A DNA stretch of 60,996 bases, filler included, from Hausera hauseri (GCA_046269625.1; 11 parts of 11 records of this genome joined end to end with filler, not necessarily neighbours in it); one strand, 5' to 3'; shown: positions 25,010 to 39,077, numbered from the whole stretch's first letter. The notes: generated by a model from the sequence alone, not told the origin. A program made the numbers and translations.

Positions 25010-26060
25010 CGATATAATCTTAAAAAGAAATTTTTTTCTCCAATGTAGCTCGTTGAACATCTTTAGCCCGTTTCTCTATTTCTCCATCAACAACAAGGGC
25101 ATACATTTTTGGTCGAAGTCCGACATAGGCAGTAATAATCTTGCTGTTAACTTCATCATTAAATTTTCCTAAAACTTTTTTATTTGACAAGGAAAAGTTC
25201 TTATGGTCTCTCGGATAATCTGATGTATCAAAGAAATTTGCCAAATTATAAAAATCATTGAATATATCATCAGACCTAATACGATATATGAATGAATCGG
25301 TATCTACATACATTAATTGAATGTCTGGAAATTTGACTTCTTGATATTATAGTGAAAGTCGAACATGGATGTTTTTAACAAATGAAGTATCGACATACCA
25401 ACATAAATCGGCTTGCTATTTTTCAGAATCGTGTTTGGCATTTTGATACTAGCAAAATTTTCGAAATACAGAGTGCTATGTAAGAAATTAGGCTTTTGCA
25501 TTAACTTTTTCGCTCTTGTCCAGTTGTTGACCAACTCAATTGACAGCCTGTTTATTATATTCACTATAGATTTTCCAAAAACTGAGTTGCTGTATAATTT
25601 GAATTGATCTTTTTCAAATTTGTTTGTTGCATTTGCTCGAAGATCTGTGTTGAATTTAATAAGGTTGAAGACATTTGAATTGACTGAACTGCAAAGCCCT
25701 ATGCACTTTGGTGACAATGAGACCATTACGAATAGCCTGCTGCAAATTTATGTAATGTACTACATGTCGTTTCATTTCACCCAAATGTGTTAATAATTTC
25801 CTGAATTTTCCGCCAGGTGGTTTTCCCTTTCCATAGGAAAGGCAACTAATCATGTTCTACATGTTGAAGCCAATCACGGTGAATATCTATCTCAAAGATA
25901 TATCCCGTTTCAGCGTCATCAGTAATGCTCATAATATCCATACTATCCGTATGATCTACCTATTTAAAATTATCGTATTGGAGGCTGAGACTCATTGCCC
26001 AACCGTACAAGTTGTTTGCATCCAGATATGTGATTAAAGATAATGGTTTTGTTTCATCCT
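25010..26060 (-). pseudogene. pPolB fragment (Maverick/Polinton type, distinct from the contig B and C copies)
   Basis: NNLYGWAMS..LQY, KLYSNSVFGKS, PIYVGMSIL, YVDTDSFIY, FDTSDYP, GKFNDE, GLRPKMYA. Confidence 0.92.
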
Positions 26061-26160
26061 NNNNNNNNNNNNNNNNNNNNNNNNNNNNNNNNNNNNNNNN
26101 NNNNTTAATTAATTAANNNNNNNNNNNNNNNNNNNNNNNNNNNNNNNNNNNNNNNNNNNN

Positions 26161-26371
26161 ATGGTGGTGGTTTTGATAGCGTAGTTGGTTGCATGTTTGA
26201 AGTTCCTTTTAAACGCCGTTCGTTAACTTATTAAAATAGGCAACATGTCCAATTTGTAAAATTTTCAAGGTAGGGAATCGGGCCCAACTATGAGACCGAC
26301 ACGGCGGCGACGGACGCCCGGCCGTGTCCAACCTAACGAGTCAGAGGTAACCGGACGCTGCGGTCACCACA
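26161..26371 (-). repeat. 3' LTR of the Gypsy element
   Basis: Starts TG right after the PPT; contains AATAAA; similar to 37047-37165. Confidence 0.7.
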
Positions 26372-29300
26372 TCCCCCCGTGACAAAGTGAAAACTATAAA
26401 TATTAGAACAGACAGAAAGAAACAAGTGCTAAACGAAAAAGTGTATGTCAGTTGGTCTTAGTGTGAACAATACGTTGGGTGCCTTCTACTGATTTTTTCC
26501 TGCTATACATTCTGAATGTGACTGCGTGTTTTGTCTCTATACTGTGTTTGCTTGAAGAGGTTGAAGTTGGGGAAAAAATTATCAGAATTTGTAAGTGTTG
26601 TGTCATGCAAAGACGAGCCAGAAAGAAGAGAAGAAGAAAAAGGCGAAGTAGGGAGAGAGACTGTGGGCGATGGAAGGTTAAAAGTGTTTAAGAGAGTGTT
26701 TGAAGACGAAAGAATGATGAAAGATTTAGTGGCGCATAAAGGCAGCGAGAAAAAGTTGGAGTAGAAGCTGGAATTGAATTGTGTGAAAGAGTGGAAGTGG
26801 GAGATGAAACAGAGGTATTGGTAGAGAGAAGAAGACAGATAGGGATAGAAGTAAAGAGAGGAGGGAGTTGCGAAGCGGAAATCAAAGTGGTAAAGGACGA
26901 TGTGTGAGGAGAAGGGGAAAAAGAACATGCCGAAGACGAGGAAGGTGTGGAAGGAGAAAAAGAGAAGACGGCGAAAAGGGACAAAACTGAAGAGAGCAAG
27001 AAGATGGAGAAGGCGAAGGAAAGTAGTTAGAAGGTGGTATGCAAGAGGTTAGAATGATGAAATGGGTAGATGGAGAGATTGGTGAAGTCGCAGTGGTGTT
27101 TGGCGGAGGTAGTGTTGTAAAAGGAGAAAGCAGGTTGTCATAAGGGGATGAAAGAGATGTGAAAAGGCTTGAAGGTGCAAAAGCGGATGGGGAAGAAGAG
27201 GATGACTTGTCAAAACAAATTGAAGTAGACGTCTTGGGAGAAAATGTATGTAAAAGTGGATGAAGAAATTGAGCAGAGATGGAAGGTGAATTGTTGGATT
27301 GCTGCGCGTCATGTAAAGATGTTGGTGGAGAAGTGGCTTCGATGGGAGGCGTATCGTCAATGAAAAAAGCCGGTTTAGCGTTGTTGATGTAGACTGTTAC
27401 TTCTTTGTCGTGCTTGAGAATGATGATGTTGTGAGAGTGTAAACGAATTATTTTGTAAGGACCAACATATTGAGGTTGAAAACCACACTGCGTCTGATTT
27501 TTTGGCCATACAAACTTGGCAGTGTATAAATCTTCGGGTGTGTAAGGTTTATTTCCGTGCAATAGTCTACAAAATGAGTCTTTGCTGACCTCAACGAAGT
27601 GTCTCTGTGCCGCTTGTATAGTTTCGCCTGTAGGAATATTGTCCAGCTTAGTCAGCTCGAATAATGATCTTATGGAAGTGACAAATAATGCTTCTGCATG
27701 TGAACAGCCTATAGAAGTGGATGGTGTGTTCCGCCAGCCAAGCAGAACGTACGGAAGGAGTGTAGTTCAACTGCGATTAGACTCAGCAAGGATTTTTGAG
27801 AGACGTATTCATCGTTCGGTGAAAGTGTTCGAGAAGGCCATTCGATTGAGAATGATATGGTGACGTGTGAATGTGGTTAATTTCCAATCGTTTAACAAGA
27901 GCTTTAAACAGGTTAGATTCGAATTGTGAACCTTGGTCCGAAATGATGTGGCGAGGTGATCCAAACCTGCTGATCTAAATGCGGATGAAAACGTCTGTGA
28001 TTGTTTCTGTTTTTGTGCTCCGAAGCGGGATAGCCTCGAGCCATCGCGAGAAACGGTCCATCATTGTAAGGATGAACTGATGGCCGTTGTCTAAGGGTAG
28101 TTGGCTTACAATGTCAATGTGAACAGATTCAAAACGAGACGTGCAGGGAAAATGATATAGTGGTGGTTTTAAGTGCTTAGTAACTTTGTATTTTTGGCAT
28201 GCCACACACTGCCTAGCCCATGCCTGCACGTCCGATCGCATCGACGGTCATACTACTTGGCGTTGTAAGCGTCGAAAAGTGGCCTTGGCACCGGGTTGAT
28301 ACAACGAATGGATACTGTTGAATGCTTCTTTTTGAAGCGATTCAGAAAGGATGACTTTAGGATTATTACGTTTGGAGGTGTCAAAGGCCTCATCGTCGAT
28401 GGTTTTGCACGATTTGAAATATTTAAGGATGTTAGGAGGTGGCTGGTTTTGTTGACGTTTGGATTGATGGAAAATTGGTCTAAAATTAATCGAGATGACC
28501 GATGGGGACAAAAAGTGAGTTACTAAATTGTCGACTTCGTTTAAATGCTAAATTTCAAAATTAAATGTGGACAAATATGATATTTGCCTTTATTGACGTG
28601 AAGGCGATTTTATGGTGAGAATATGAAGCAAGAGCTTGTGATCCGTTTGTATTGTAAAAGTTCGTGCAGTTAGCAAATGTTTAAAGTGTTTTACGGCAAA
28701 GACCATTGCAAGCAACTCTCTGTCAAAAGTGCAATATCTTTGTTCTTGTGCTGTGAATTTTCGACAGAAGATTCTAATGGTTCATGGGATCCACTTTTGA
28801 CTTGACGGAGGACAGCACCTGCAGCTGTTGTGGATGCATTCATGGTTAAGAAGAGTTTTGCATGGGAGTCGGGATAGGCCAGAATTTCTACGGTTTTTAG
28901 ATTATCTTTGAGGTGATCGAAAGCGTTGACTAGTTTGGCGGTCCACTGAATAAGCTGTTTTTTCTTGCCAGAACTTAATTATGCAAATGCGCTCTGGCTT
29001 AGGTAAATGTCCGGAGGAGCTAATAACATGTCCTAGGAAGTTGACCTTATGTTGAAAGAAGGAGCATTTGGCGAAATTAATTTGCAAATTGTTTTGGTGC
29101 AAGCGCTGGAAGATTAGACGTAATTGTTCGGAGTGTTGCTTCGAGGAAGATGATGCAATTAGGATATCATCAATATAGGGATAAGCAAAGTCTAAACCTG
29201 AGAGAACTGTATCAATATGCCTTTGGAAGGTCTGGGAAGCGCTGCGGAGTCTAAAAGACATAAAAAGTATTCAAAAAGGCCAAAAGGTGTAATGACAGCC

Positions 29301-31252
29301 GTTTTCGGAATGTCTGCTGGGGCCACTGGAATTTGGTGGTATGCTTTGTGCAAATCAATGAAGGAAAAGATAGTCGAACCATGGAGCCCGTGAAGAATAT
29401 AGTTGATTAATGGTAGCGGGTAGGCATCCATTGTTGTTATGATGTTGAGTTGGCGGTAATTACCGTATGGGCAAAAGGTAACATCATTTATTGGAACCAC
29501 ATGTAGTGGTGAAGACCAAAGTAATTTGGATCTTCTGATTATTCATGATTTTTCCAGTTTGAGAAACTCAACCTCCACTGCCTAACTGCTGCGACGCGAT
29601 AGAGAGCGGACCTTTTGCCGTATTTGTCTTTGATGTGTTGTTACTATGTGATAAAAGGTGGATTTAGGTGGTACGAATGATTTGTCCTTTTGCAAAAGAC
29701 GCGTTTAGAAAGACGAAATATATTGTTGTAAGTCAGAGAGTAACAATGAAAAAATTTTCAGATGGTGTCAATGCATCGTGACTGGATGCAGTTGAGGTAT
29801 GAGTTGTGGACGAGGTGTTGTGACAAAGTGGTATCAGGTGCAGGATGTTTGTGTTGAAGATGATGTTGGCAGCTGTACTATCAGTAATAGGTGCCACGCA
29901 GTTGGCAATATCGTGTTTGTTGACGTAATAGAAATTTCTATATAGTTAATGATTATAAAAATAATTCAAATCGGAAGTCGTTTTCTTTAGTATTGACTTA
30001 CTGGAAGCAATGGCCCGGGTGGTCACCGAAATTATCCTAATTTAATTATAAATATTTCCGCTCTTTAAGGAACATCGTTTGCAGTCTGCAGGTAAATTAT
30101 AGCGGAACAGAAAGTCTGAACCCAATATAGGTGTGCGTACATTGGCTACTGTAAATTTCCATGTGAATGTGTTTGGGAAATTTGGAAGGGTAAAAGTTAA
30201 TTTAGTAACACAAAAAATATGTAAGGGTTTACCGGATGCAGTAAACAGTTGCTTTTTTGAAGTGAAATTATTTTGGATGTGTTGTGTTGGTGGCAGTAAA
30301 GAGATTGCTGCACCGGTGTCTGTAAGAAAATTAATGCTTTGCTTTGTTGGATTGACGACGGCTACTTCCAACGTGAATACAGCAAAAGAAATGTGTCGGC
30401 TATCTTTTTGTACGTTGTTGACTTTGCTAGAATTTGCCGTGTGTCCTAGCTCGAAATCAGTTTTTTTGTAGCTGGTGAGTTTGGCATACTATTTTGTGTG
30501 GGTTTAATAGTGTTGATTTTATTGTGCGTGTTGTAGTTGCAACCAGGTAGGAATTTTTGTGCTTTACTTCCAAATTTTGAGTGATAGATGCAAACGATGT
30601 TGCTTGTATTAAAATCGGGTGAGTAAAATTTACAACCGATGCAGCATTTCTGAGCACTATTATCAAATTTGTTATGGTAATAACAAATAGACGACCGCAC
30701 GGGTGAAGGCGACCGTCTTTGACGTTGATGAAATACATTAGGGGAAGCAGCCCTCGAAAACCTCGTCGAGGCAGCGTTAAATCATTTAATTTCTCGTTTA
30801 TGTTATTATTGTTTTTTGCAAAATTTCGTTGTCTGTGCGTAATTGCGCAATTTGTTGCTTCAGCATTGCATTTTGTTGTTGGTGTTTGTTGTTAATGCCG
30901 CAGAGACAGTTGGTGCTGTGTGTTTTTGCAGCACTTCTTAAACTTTGTCCGCCAGTTTAGCTATCTTTTCCAGTGCCTTGGAGTCTTTGTCCACCATTAA
31001 AAGTGCTCATATTTAAAGGGGCAATGAGTTTAAAAAGTAACGACGAAAAAGTTTTGGACTATGCTTAGATGTTACGCCAAGGGCATTGAGATGAGACAAA
31101 GATGTGCGCAAGAATACAGAAAGCTTCTGAAGGCTTATGGCCTTGTCATTGAAGAACCTTTGAATGATAGAGTCAATTGACGGCTCAGTGAGCTTAAGAA
31201 CGGCATTATAAAGTTGAGCATATGGATCGGTGTGGTGAAGGATGTCGATGAT
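26161..31252 (-). mobile_element. Gypsy/Ty3 LTR retrotransposon (gag-PR-RT-RH-IN, 3' LTR), decayed
   Basis: FLTDTGAAIS protease, PYIDDILI RT, RNase H, integrase (HIDIV, MDRFSRWLEA); G-rich PPT at 26372-26378 followed by LTR starting TGTGGTGACC. Confidence 0.95.
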
Positions 31253-31625
31253 NNNNNNNNNNNNNNNNNNNNNNNNNNNNNNNNNNNNNNNNNNNNTTAA
31301 TTAATTAANNNNNNNNNNNNNNNNNNNNNNNNNNNNNNNNNNNNNNNNNNNNCGAATGCTATTTTACTGTATTGATTGAATTGACTCGAATCGAGGGTAT
31401 CAAGAATATTGAATTAATTGCCGCACAGCTTCTTGATATTGCTATCCGAGTTCCTACTGTTTGAGAATTCACTGTGAAACAAATGGCAAATCTGCTGCAC
31501 ACATTTGGCAATTTATTAACTAATGCTAAGCAGTCTGGTATCTGCGAAATTGGTGGTCGAAGGATACACAACTGGTGCCAGGTAACATTTCTTGCAACTA
31601 TCATTACACAACTATTACTTTATAA

Positions 31626-32645
31626 ATGCTTTCCGTCTAAAGTCGTTTTCATACATATCGGTCAGTTTGGTGTGCAGCGCGCCAGTGCACTGTGGGAATT
31701 ATTGTGTCTTGAACACATTAATGATCCAGATGGACTAAAAGCATTAAAAGATAATGATTTAACTGACGAACTTGACCAAACGACAGCATTATCACAACCA
31801 GTAAACCACTATAAGTTGAATCCAAGAGCAATACTTGGCGATTCAGAGCCCATATGCATAAATAATTTTAAGATTAGTGCATGTGGAAATATTTCTAGTA
31901 GAGAATTAATGATTACTAAATGTGAAGATTCCGGTAGCAATTTTGCTCAACGAAGTCTCAATTTTGGTGTACGATTAATAAGATTGTTTCCACCGCGGCT
32001 ATTTAAACTAGCTGAAATAACGAATAATTGGGATGAATTTATCGTCATAAACAGTATGAGTGGTGGTACAAGGTCTAGAATTGGTGCGTTGATAATGCCG
32101 CAATTAGCCGTTGATTAACCCAAAACAAACCGAATGCAAATGGCATTATTCCCCAACCCGATAATGTCTACGGCGACTGTTGAACCATACAATAGCGTTT
32201 TCCATAGTCATACAACACTAGATAAGTGTGATTTGTCTATACCTTTTAATAATGAGGCTCTTTATGACGTTTGTAAATATCTATTGTTCAGGAATTCACC
32301 ATATTATTCTAATCTCAATCGAATAATACCTCTAATGCTTAGCTCATCTACAGCATCAGCGCAATTTGAAACAACGATAAATTATTTTTTGAAAGAAATA
32401 CATACAAATTCAATACCGTATCAAAGGATACACCACGCAATAATGAGACATTCTCCAATTCTGCACGAAACACGATTTAAGTATGCCAGTCCATCGGGCG
32501 AACAAATTATAAGGAGTCTCCTCGAAAGATCGCCCAACGATTAAAACCGACTTAAATAAAGAGAAATTCATATCGATTGTTATGAACTATCGAGGTGAAG
32601 TTAAGCCTAGAGATGTCATGATGGCAATTCAGAAATGCCGAGCAA
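31626..32645 (+). pseudogene. Highly divergent, intronless alpha-tubulin pseudogene
   Basis: IHIGQFGVQRASALWELLCLEH, PRAILGDSEP, EDSGSNFA, SMSGGTRS, STATVEPYNSV, NEALYDVC, YSNLNRII, YRGEVKPRDV; in-frame TAA at 32116-32118; truncated by the adjacent Gypsy. Confidence 0.9.
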
Positions 32646-32659
32646 CAATGGCCACACCT

Positions 32660-35600
32660 TTGAGGGGAAACTAGGCGACCCTGCATTTTGGTGCCTTTCG
32701 CGTCGGCCCAACACCACGCCCCAGGCGCATTACTTCTTCCCCCTATATTTCCATTTTCATAAATAACAAGCACATTTACACAATCACTACACTACATTTA
32801 CATATTGCAACTCTTCGTACCTACATTTCTTTCTTACTTAACTCTTCCGAATTTTATCTACCCATAACGGCGTTATAATACCTCGCACCGGAACCCTACT
32901 ATTTTTCTCGAGCCACACTTGTTTTCACATACATCCCCGTATCAGTGGTGGCATGAACTCTTCGCCAACCATTGACACCACGGATAAAACAACCACAAAA
33001 CCAAAATCTGTCATATTACTTAAAAACCCACTCCTAATCCTGCTAGCAACTTCCCATCCATTACCTCTTCCGCCCCTTTCCCTAACTGCACCGAATTTTT
33101 CATCGACAACCAAGGCTCCAGTAAAACTTGGTTTCAACTTTACCAACTTTAGCTGCAGGCAAATAACATTACCGACTCTTTAACTAAAGCACATAATCTT
33201 CTCTTTCTACTGCCTAATAACATCAAAACCCGCATTCACAACATCATCGAAATTTTCGAACTTCCAGACCCATATTCCCAACTTTCTAACGCAGTTTTTA
33301 AGATCACCGAACCTTCCATGGACACGATTATACAACGTTTCTTCCATGACAACGTTATAGGCACCCAAAGGCCATCAGAATTCATACGCACCTCTTTAGC
33401 ACATCTACATACCCTCGGCGTCACTCAAGAGCACAACCCAGAACTACTGCGCCACTATTTCCTCAATGCGTTACCTATCCAAATTCGGGCCCTACTTACC
33501 GTGGTGCAGGATTCCACACCGCTTAAGAAATTGGCCGAATTAGTCTATAGGACACACGATGTCCTAAACGTAAATTCTCCACCAGTTGTTTCAGCAGCAG
33601 TTGCCGCTAACGATAATACATCCATAGAACAACAATTTAATCAGCTACGTGCTGAAAATATTGCACTGCATACAACAATCAACAATATCAATAATAAATT
33701 AAACGAATTGTCTCTGCCTCGCCGAGGGGCTTTGTCGCTGACCGCACCCGTTCTACGTCTAGAAACCGCTCACCATCGCCTGCGCGTTCGTCGATCTGCT
33801 ATTACCACATCAGATTTAACACTAATGCTCAAAAGTGCTGCACAGGGTGCAAATTTTATAACATGAGTTTTTCCTCGGACACCGTTGTCTGTATCTACCA
33901 TGCAAGGTTCAAAAATCAGGCTCGTAAATGAATTCCAGGCTGTACTTTCAAATCAAATACAAACGATGGACGTACTACCTTTCCTTCTAATAATCGTCCT
34001 AGTTCACCCTTTCAAAAAAACTAAGTTCGCCGCCAGATGTCACGGCAAACTTTGGCAAAGGCACTACTTCACATTTTGAACGCCGACACGTCTTTTTTGC
34101 TGTCTTTACTCTAAAGGCGGCAATCACTGCTTCTACAACACAGTCTGTTGACCTCCTCATTGATACAGATGCAGCAATCTCTTTATTACTACAAACCTTT
34201 CCTGTACAAAATTCTCCATTCAAAATTAAGCCCTTATACACTGCTTCAGGCCAACCGCTACACATTTCTGGCACGGTTAAATTATCTTTCACATTACCAA
34301 ACTTTCCTTCATGCTTCCACTGGACGTTCACAGTCGCTAACGTCCAAACGGCAATTCTAGGATTCGACTTTCTCTCACATTATAATTTACTGGTTGACTG
34401 CAGTCAACGATGTTTGAGGAACGGCACCACTGGCGACATTTCTGGACATGAAAATATCATTTCAACTACCGCGCAGTCGACCGGAATGTGGAAGTCAATT
34501 TTAAAAAGGTTAATAAATAATTCCAATTTTCATAATAATAACTCTATTCGTAAGTTTTTAAATAATAATATTGATATACGATTGAGGTTCAATGTCGATA
34601 ATTGTGGTACTGCCACCAACGTTAATTTATTCCACAAAAATACTTCATCCAACACCATTTTCAATTCGATCATCTTATACTAAATACCACTTGACCACAC
34701 ACCACCTAAAAACTCACAAATTGCATCCGCTACTACTCAAGCTGTTTCACCACTTTCACCAAATCTTTCACAGTTACCTACAACTTTACAACAATTCGTC
34801 AACACATCATGTCCACGCGTACTTAAAAAAAACGTACGTTTACTTTCACAAACAGTACTTTACACCACATAGTCACACAGCATCAACGACCAATACGCCA
34901 AAAGGTACGGCCTCTGTCACCTCGCCGTAGACAGGCCGTAGAAGCCGAATTCCTCGAATTAGAATGTTCCGGCATAGTACGCCGTTCCAAATCTCTTTAG
35001 TCATCACCGTTACACGCTATACAAAAAAGAACGGTACTTTTAGGCTATGCGGTGACTGCCGACAGCTGAAGAACTTGACAATCATGGATTCGTGCCCTTT
35101 ACCACTCATCAAGGATGTCTTGCATCGTCTTAATTTAACCACCATCTATCCAACCATTGATTTAGCTAAAGCATACTATCAAATACCGGTGGCACCCGAA
35201 GATGTAGAAAAAACTGCCGTCACTAATCCTTTTGGTCTTTATAAATATTTGTTTATGCCATTCGGTTTGCAAAATGCCTCACAAACTTTTCAGCTGCACA
35301 TTGATTCAATTCTTTCTAATTTCCCATTTGCACACCCTTATATCGATGATATTCTAATCGTTTCACCTTCGGCCAGACAACACGAGGAACACCACCGCGC
35401 AATATTCCAACGTCTTAACCACCATAAGCTTTAAGTCAACTTCGACAAATGCCATTTTTTCAAAAAACACATTAACTTCTTAGGCCACGTTATTACACCT
35501 GACGGTCATTCTCCACAATCAGACCGAATCGAAGCTCTTAAAAACATCCAGTTGCCACGTACAACCACCGAAATGCGCAGCTTCCTTGGCACACTACACT

Positions 35601-37165
35601 TTTGTACATAAATATGTACCATATTGCTCCAAATTGACAGCACCATTCGCATACCTAAGCGGCGGCAAAAAACATCAGCGAATCCAGTGGACACTTGAAT
35701 TTATCGACAAATTTAATAAGCTACGCAAAGGAATCAAAACCACCGATATTTTAGCTTTTACCAAGCCTGATGCAGAATTTATCCTTACTACAGACGCGTC
35801 AACGTCTGCAGTAGGCGCTGTACTCCATCAGATCTACAAGGGAGGAAATCAACCACTAGAATTTTTCTCTTGCAAGCTAACAGCACTTGAAACCAGATAT
35901 TCCACGTTCGATCGAGAACTATTGGCCATCGTTCTCGCTTTAAAGCATTTCTCACACCTACTTATCGCTCGTCATTTTACTCTACAAACCGATGACAAGC
36001 CCTTACTTAACATCACGGCTATGAAACACCCTTCCACACGCCAAGAACGACAGATATCATACTTATCGACATTTAACTTCGATATTACAAATATTATCGA
36101 GGTTAACAATTTGGTTACTAATTTTTTATCTAGGTCAGTTAGTTCGATTAATTTTTCACCGATGTTTACGCAAGACCAACTTCAACAGAACCAGCCACCT
36201 CAGGACATGCTTAATTCTTTTAAATCTTGCACAATCATTGACGGCGTGTCTTTAGACACCTCCGAACCAGGCCATTTCGTAGTAATTCTAGCACCATCAT
36301 TGCAAAGGCAAGCATTTCATAGCTTGCATTCATTACACCATCCCAGTGCTAAAGCCACTTTTCGTCTACTACATCGACAAGCAATATGGCCGTCAAGGCG
36401 TTCTGATGTGCAGGCATGGGTTAAGGAGTGTGTGGCTTGCCAAAAATACAAAACAGCTAAGCATTTAAAGACACCACTGTTCCACTTTCCCTGCACATCG
36501 CGTTTCGAATTCGTACATATCGACATCGTTGACCATCTTCCTCCAGACAACGGACATCAATTCATCCTCACCATGATGGGCCGTTCCTCGCAATGGCCAG
36601 AAGCCATCTCTCTGCGGAGCACAAACACCGATACCATAGTTGACGTTTTCATTCGCATATGGATTAGCAGGTTTGGATCACCTCGCTTCATCACCATGGA
36701 TCAGGGTCCACAGTTTGAATCCAACCTGTTTAAATCCCTTGTTAACCGATTGGGGATCCATCACATACATACTACGCCTTATCACTCCCAATCGAATGGC
36801 CTTCTAGAACGTTTCCACCGAACATCAAAAACTTCCCTACGAATCCTCGCAGAGTCCAACACTAGTTGGAGAAATCTTCTTCCGTTTTTTCTGCTCGGCT
36901 GGCGGAACACTCCGTCCACTTCTACACGATGCTCACCCACTGCAGCCTTATTCGGAGCTCCTGTCCGATCATTATTCAAACAAACCGCCCTAGGCGACCC
37001 TCCCACGGATGGGACAATAAGGGCGGTGAAAATCACTTCGTCGAGGTGTGGTGCCCGCGTCGATCGTCGCCCTCCCGTCCATTAAGTTGGTCACGGCCGG
37101 GTCTTCCGCTGCCGGCGCGTCAAGCGCATATGCAGGCCCCAATTTTCTGCCACGAAATTTAAAAC
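32660..37165 (+). mobile_element. Gypsy/Ty3 LTR retrotransposon, same family as 26161-31252
   Basis: gag (33050-34000), LIDTDAAIS protease, PYIDDILI RT, TDAS RNase H, integrase; partial LTR from 37047. Confidence 0.95.
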
Positions 37166-37440
37166 CCCACACTACTGAGGAAGATCTTTTATTACCAGCT
37201 GTGAAGAAAGTCGTTGAAATTAGCAGTGACCCAAAGGAGACCGCAAAACCTAATGCTTTGCCATTGTCCAACAGTACCGTTCGAAGAAGGATTGACGATA
37301 TGTCGGCTGATGTTGTTGCCCACTAGTCTCTAGAATTTCAGTCTTCCAATATTTTTCAGTTTGATCAGTGGCTTTTGTCTGTTATAATTCGAGGAATGTT
37401 TTCTGTTCTGCAAACCGTTTCACACTCATGTCAATGCCAA
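37165..37440 (+). mobile_element. hAT (Buster/Charlie, ZBED5-like) transposase fragment
   Basis: KPHTTEEDLLLPA..LPLSNSTVRRRIDDMS and EECFLFCKP. Confidence 0.75.
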
Positions 37441-38624
37441 GATATGTTTGAGCTGCTTTATTTGTGTTGTTAAAAAAAGCTTGACTTATATTATTCGAAC
37501 GATTTCGAAAAATCTATCACAGTCCATTGCTGCCGTAACAACATCAAAAATAATTAACAGTTATACATCAATCATTTTGTACCAAACCATTTATTACATT
37601 ATACCGATGTTAACATCATAATCAAGTAAACAAGAAATGGACTTTTATGAAAATTTGAATCGTGTTGTCAAATTACAAATACAACTCAATTCAACTGCAT
37701 TTCAGAAATATATTGTCAGTCAAATAACAAAGTAAATTTATTATACCAGTTATACTCGTAACCTTTAGATCAACATGTAAATACGGTTTAATGTAAAATT
37801 ATATCATAGATCGTACTATTACAGCAAATTCGGGCGACTGAAAATGTACTTATGATGTAATTAGTAGTTGAAATTTAAACAGTTCTTAATTCAATTTTGT
37901 GTCATGAGAAAGTCAATTGGAAAAAAACATATGTAGAATTTGTAAAAAAATTACGAATTTAGACCATAGATAATTTTGATTTATGTTTTGTTTTATATTT
38001 ATGAAAATCGGGATTCTAAGAAAATTGTTGAAGAACAAAACTGGAGCCATTGAATAGCAATTCCGCGAAAAATCAATATTCAGTAGACACAGTCTCACTT
38101 GCTGTAGTGGCAGACCTAATATTAATGCCTCCGACGGTTCGATAATGTTCACAGACCCATATTTAATGTTTCTAATTTACGAGTATCAGCCAACCAATTA
38201 GACAGATCGACATTCGGTATTCATATCTCCAGACGGAAAGTCGATCTGGATAATTTCAAACTTTTGCCAAAATTCAACTCGTCAAAATACTATGAATTTA
38301 AATCAGAATTCATTTCTGAATTCGTGCAGTCACACAAAATGCAATGTTGTATTCTCACAATCATTTCCCGGTTTCCGATAACAGGAGTCTTTGTTGTTAT
38401 TGTTGCAACGCGATATCCCTTTTCTGTCACATTTTTTTGGTATCGCAATTTTGTCAATTCGATGCTTACTTACACTTGATTACAGTCAGTATTTCACAGT
38501 CTTCACAATATGTCCAAGACAGGACAAATCAAAAGTCATTAAGTCCTCTGACTTAATGCAAGCAGAAATTTACTCTTTACAGTTTATACGGAAAACTCTA
38601 CTTGCTTTAAGCCAGCAGGAAAAT

Positions 38625-38950
38625 CTTTGCCAGTTCTAAAAATTAGATGGAAAACTTGTCTGCTGGCTCCACAACTTAGTGGGGAATATCTCTGCCAGTT
38701 TTACAAGTTGGTACAAAAATTAGAAGGAAAATTCTAAGGCAGCTCTAGAACAAAATAAACTCTGCTTCACTGTCTCTGTCAACACCCTAAGTTAAACAGA
38801 AACCTCCTGTTGTTCTACAAGTTAGAAGGAAAACTCCCACAACTCTGTAATATAGAAGGAAAATTCACCGGCGACTCTATAGATTAGAAAGAAAAGTCAC
38901 ACAGCTCTACGAAAGAATTCTCCTGGAACACCACAAGCTAGAATGAAAGG
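38625..38950. repeat. Degenerate ~31-33-bp tandem repeat
   Basis: Recurring CTCTACAAGTTAGAAGGAAAA-like units. Confidence 0.55.
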
Positions 38951-39077
38951 CAGAAGTTGCTAAGAAAAAGGCTACACAAAGGGAAGCTTTACAGAACACT
39001 TGGCAAATCTGTTCAATAAATATATTTTCTTCTATTTGTTAATGGTTCATTATCCCTGCGCTTCGGACTTAATTGAT

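Noticed and set aside
26479-26999. Overlapping low-complexity ORFs as real genes
   Set aside because: Explained by GA/CT compositional skew.
31474-31625. N-terminal extension of the tubulin ORF
   Set aside because: Starts at a non-ATG codon with no tubulin similarity; probably chance open frame upstream of a lost start.
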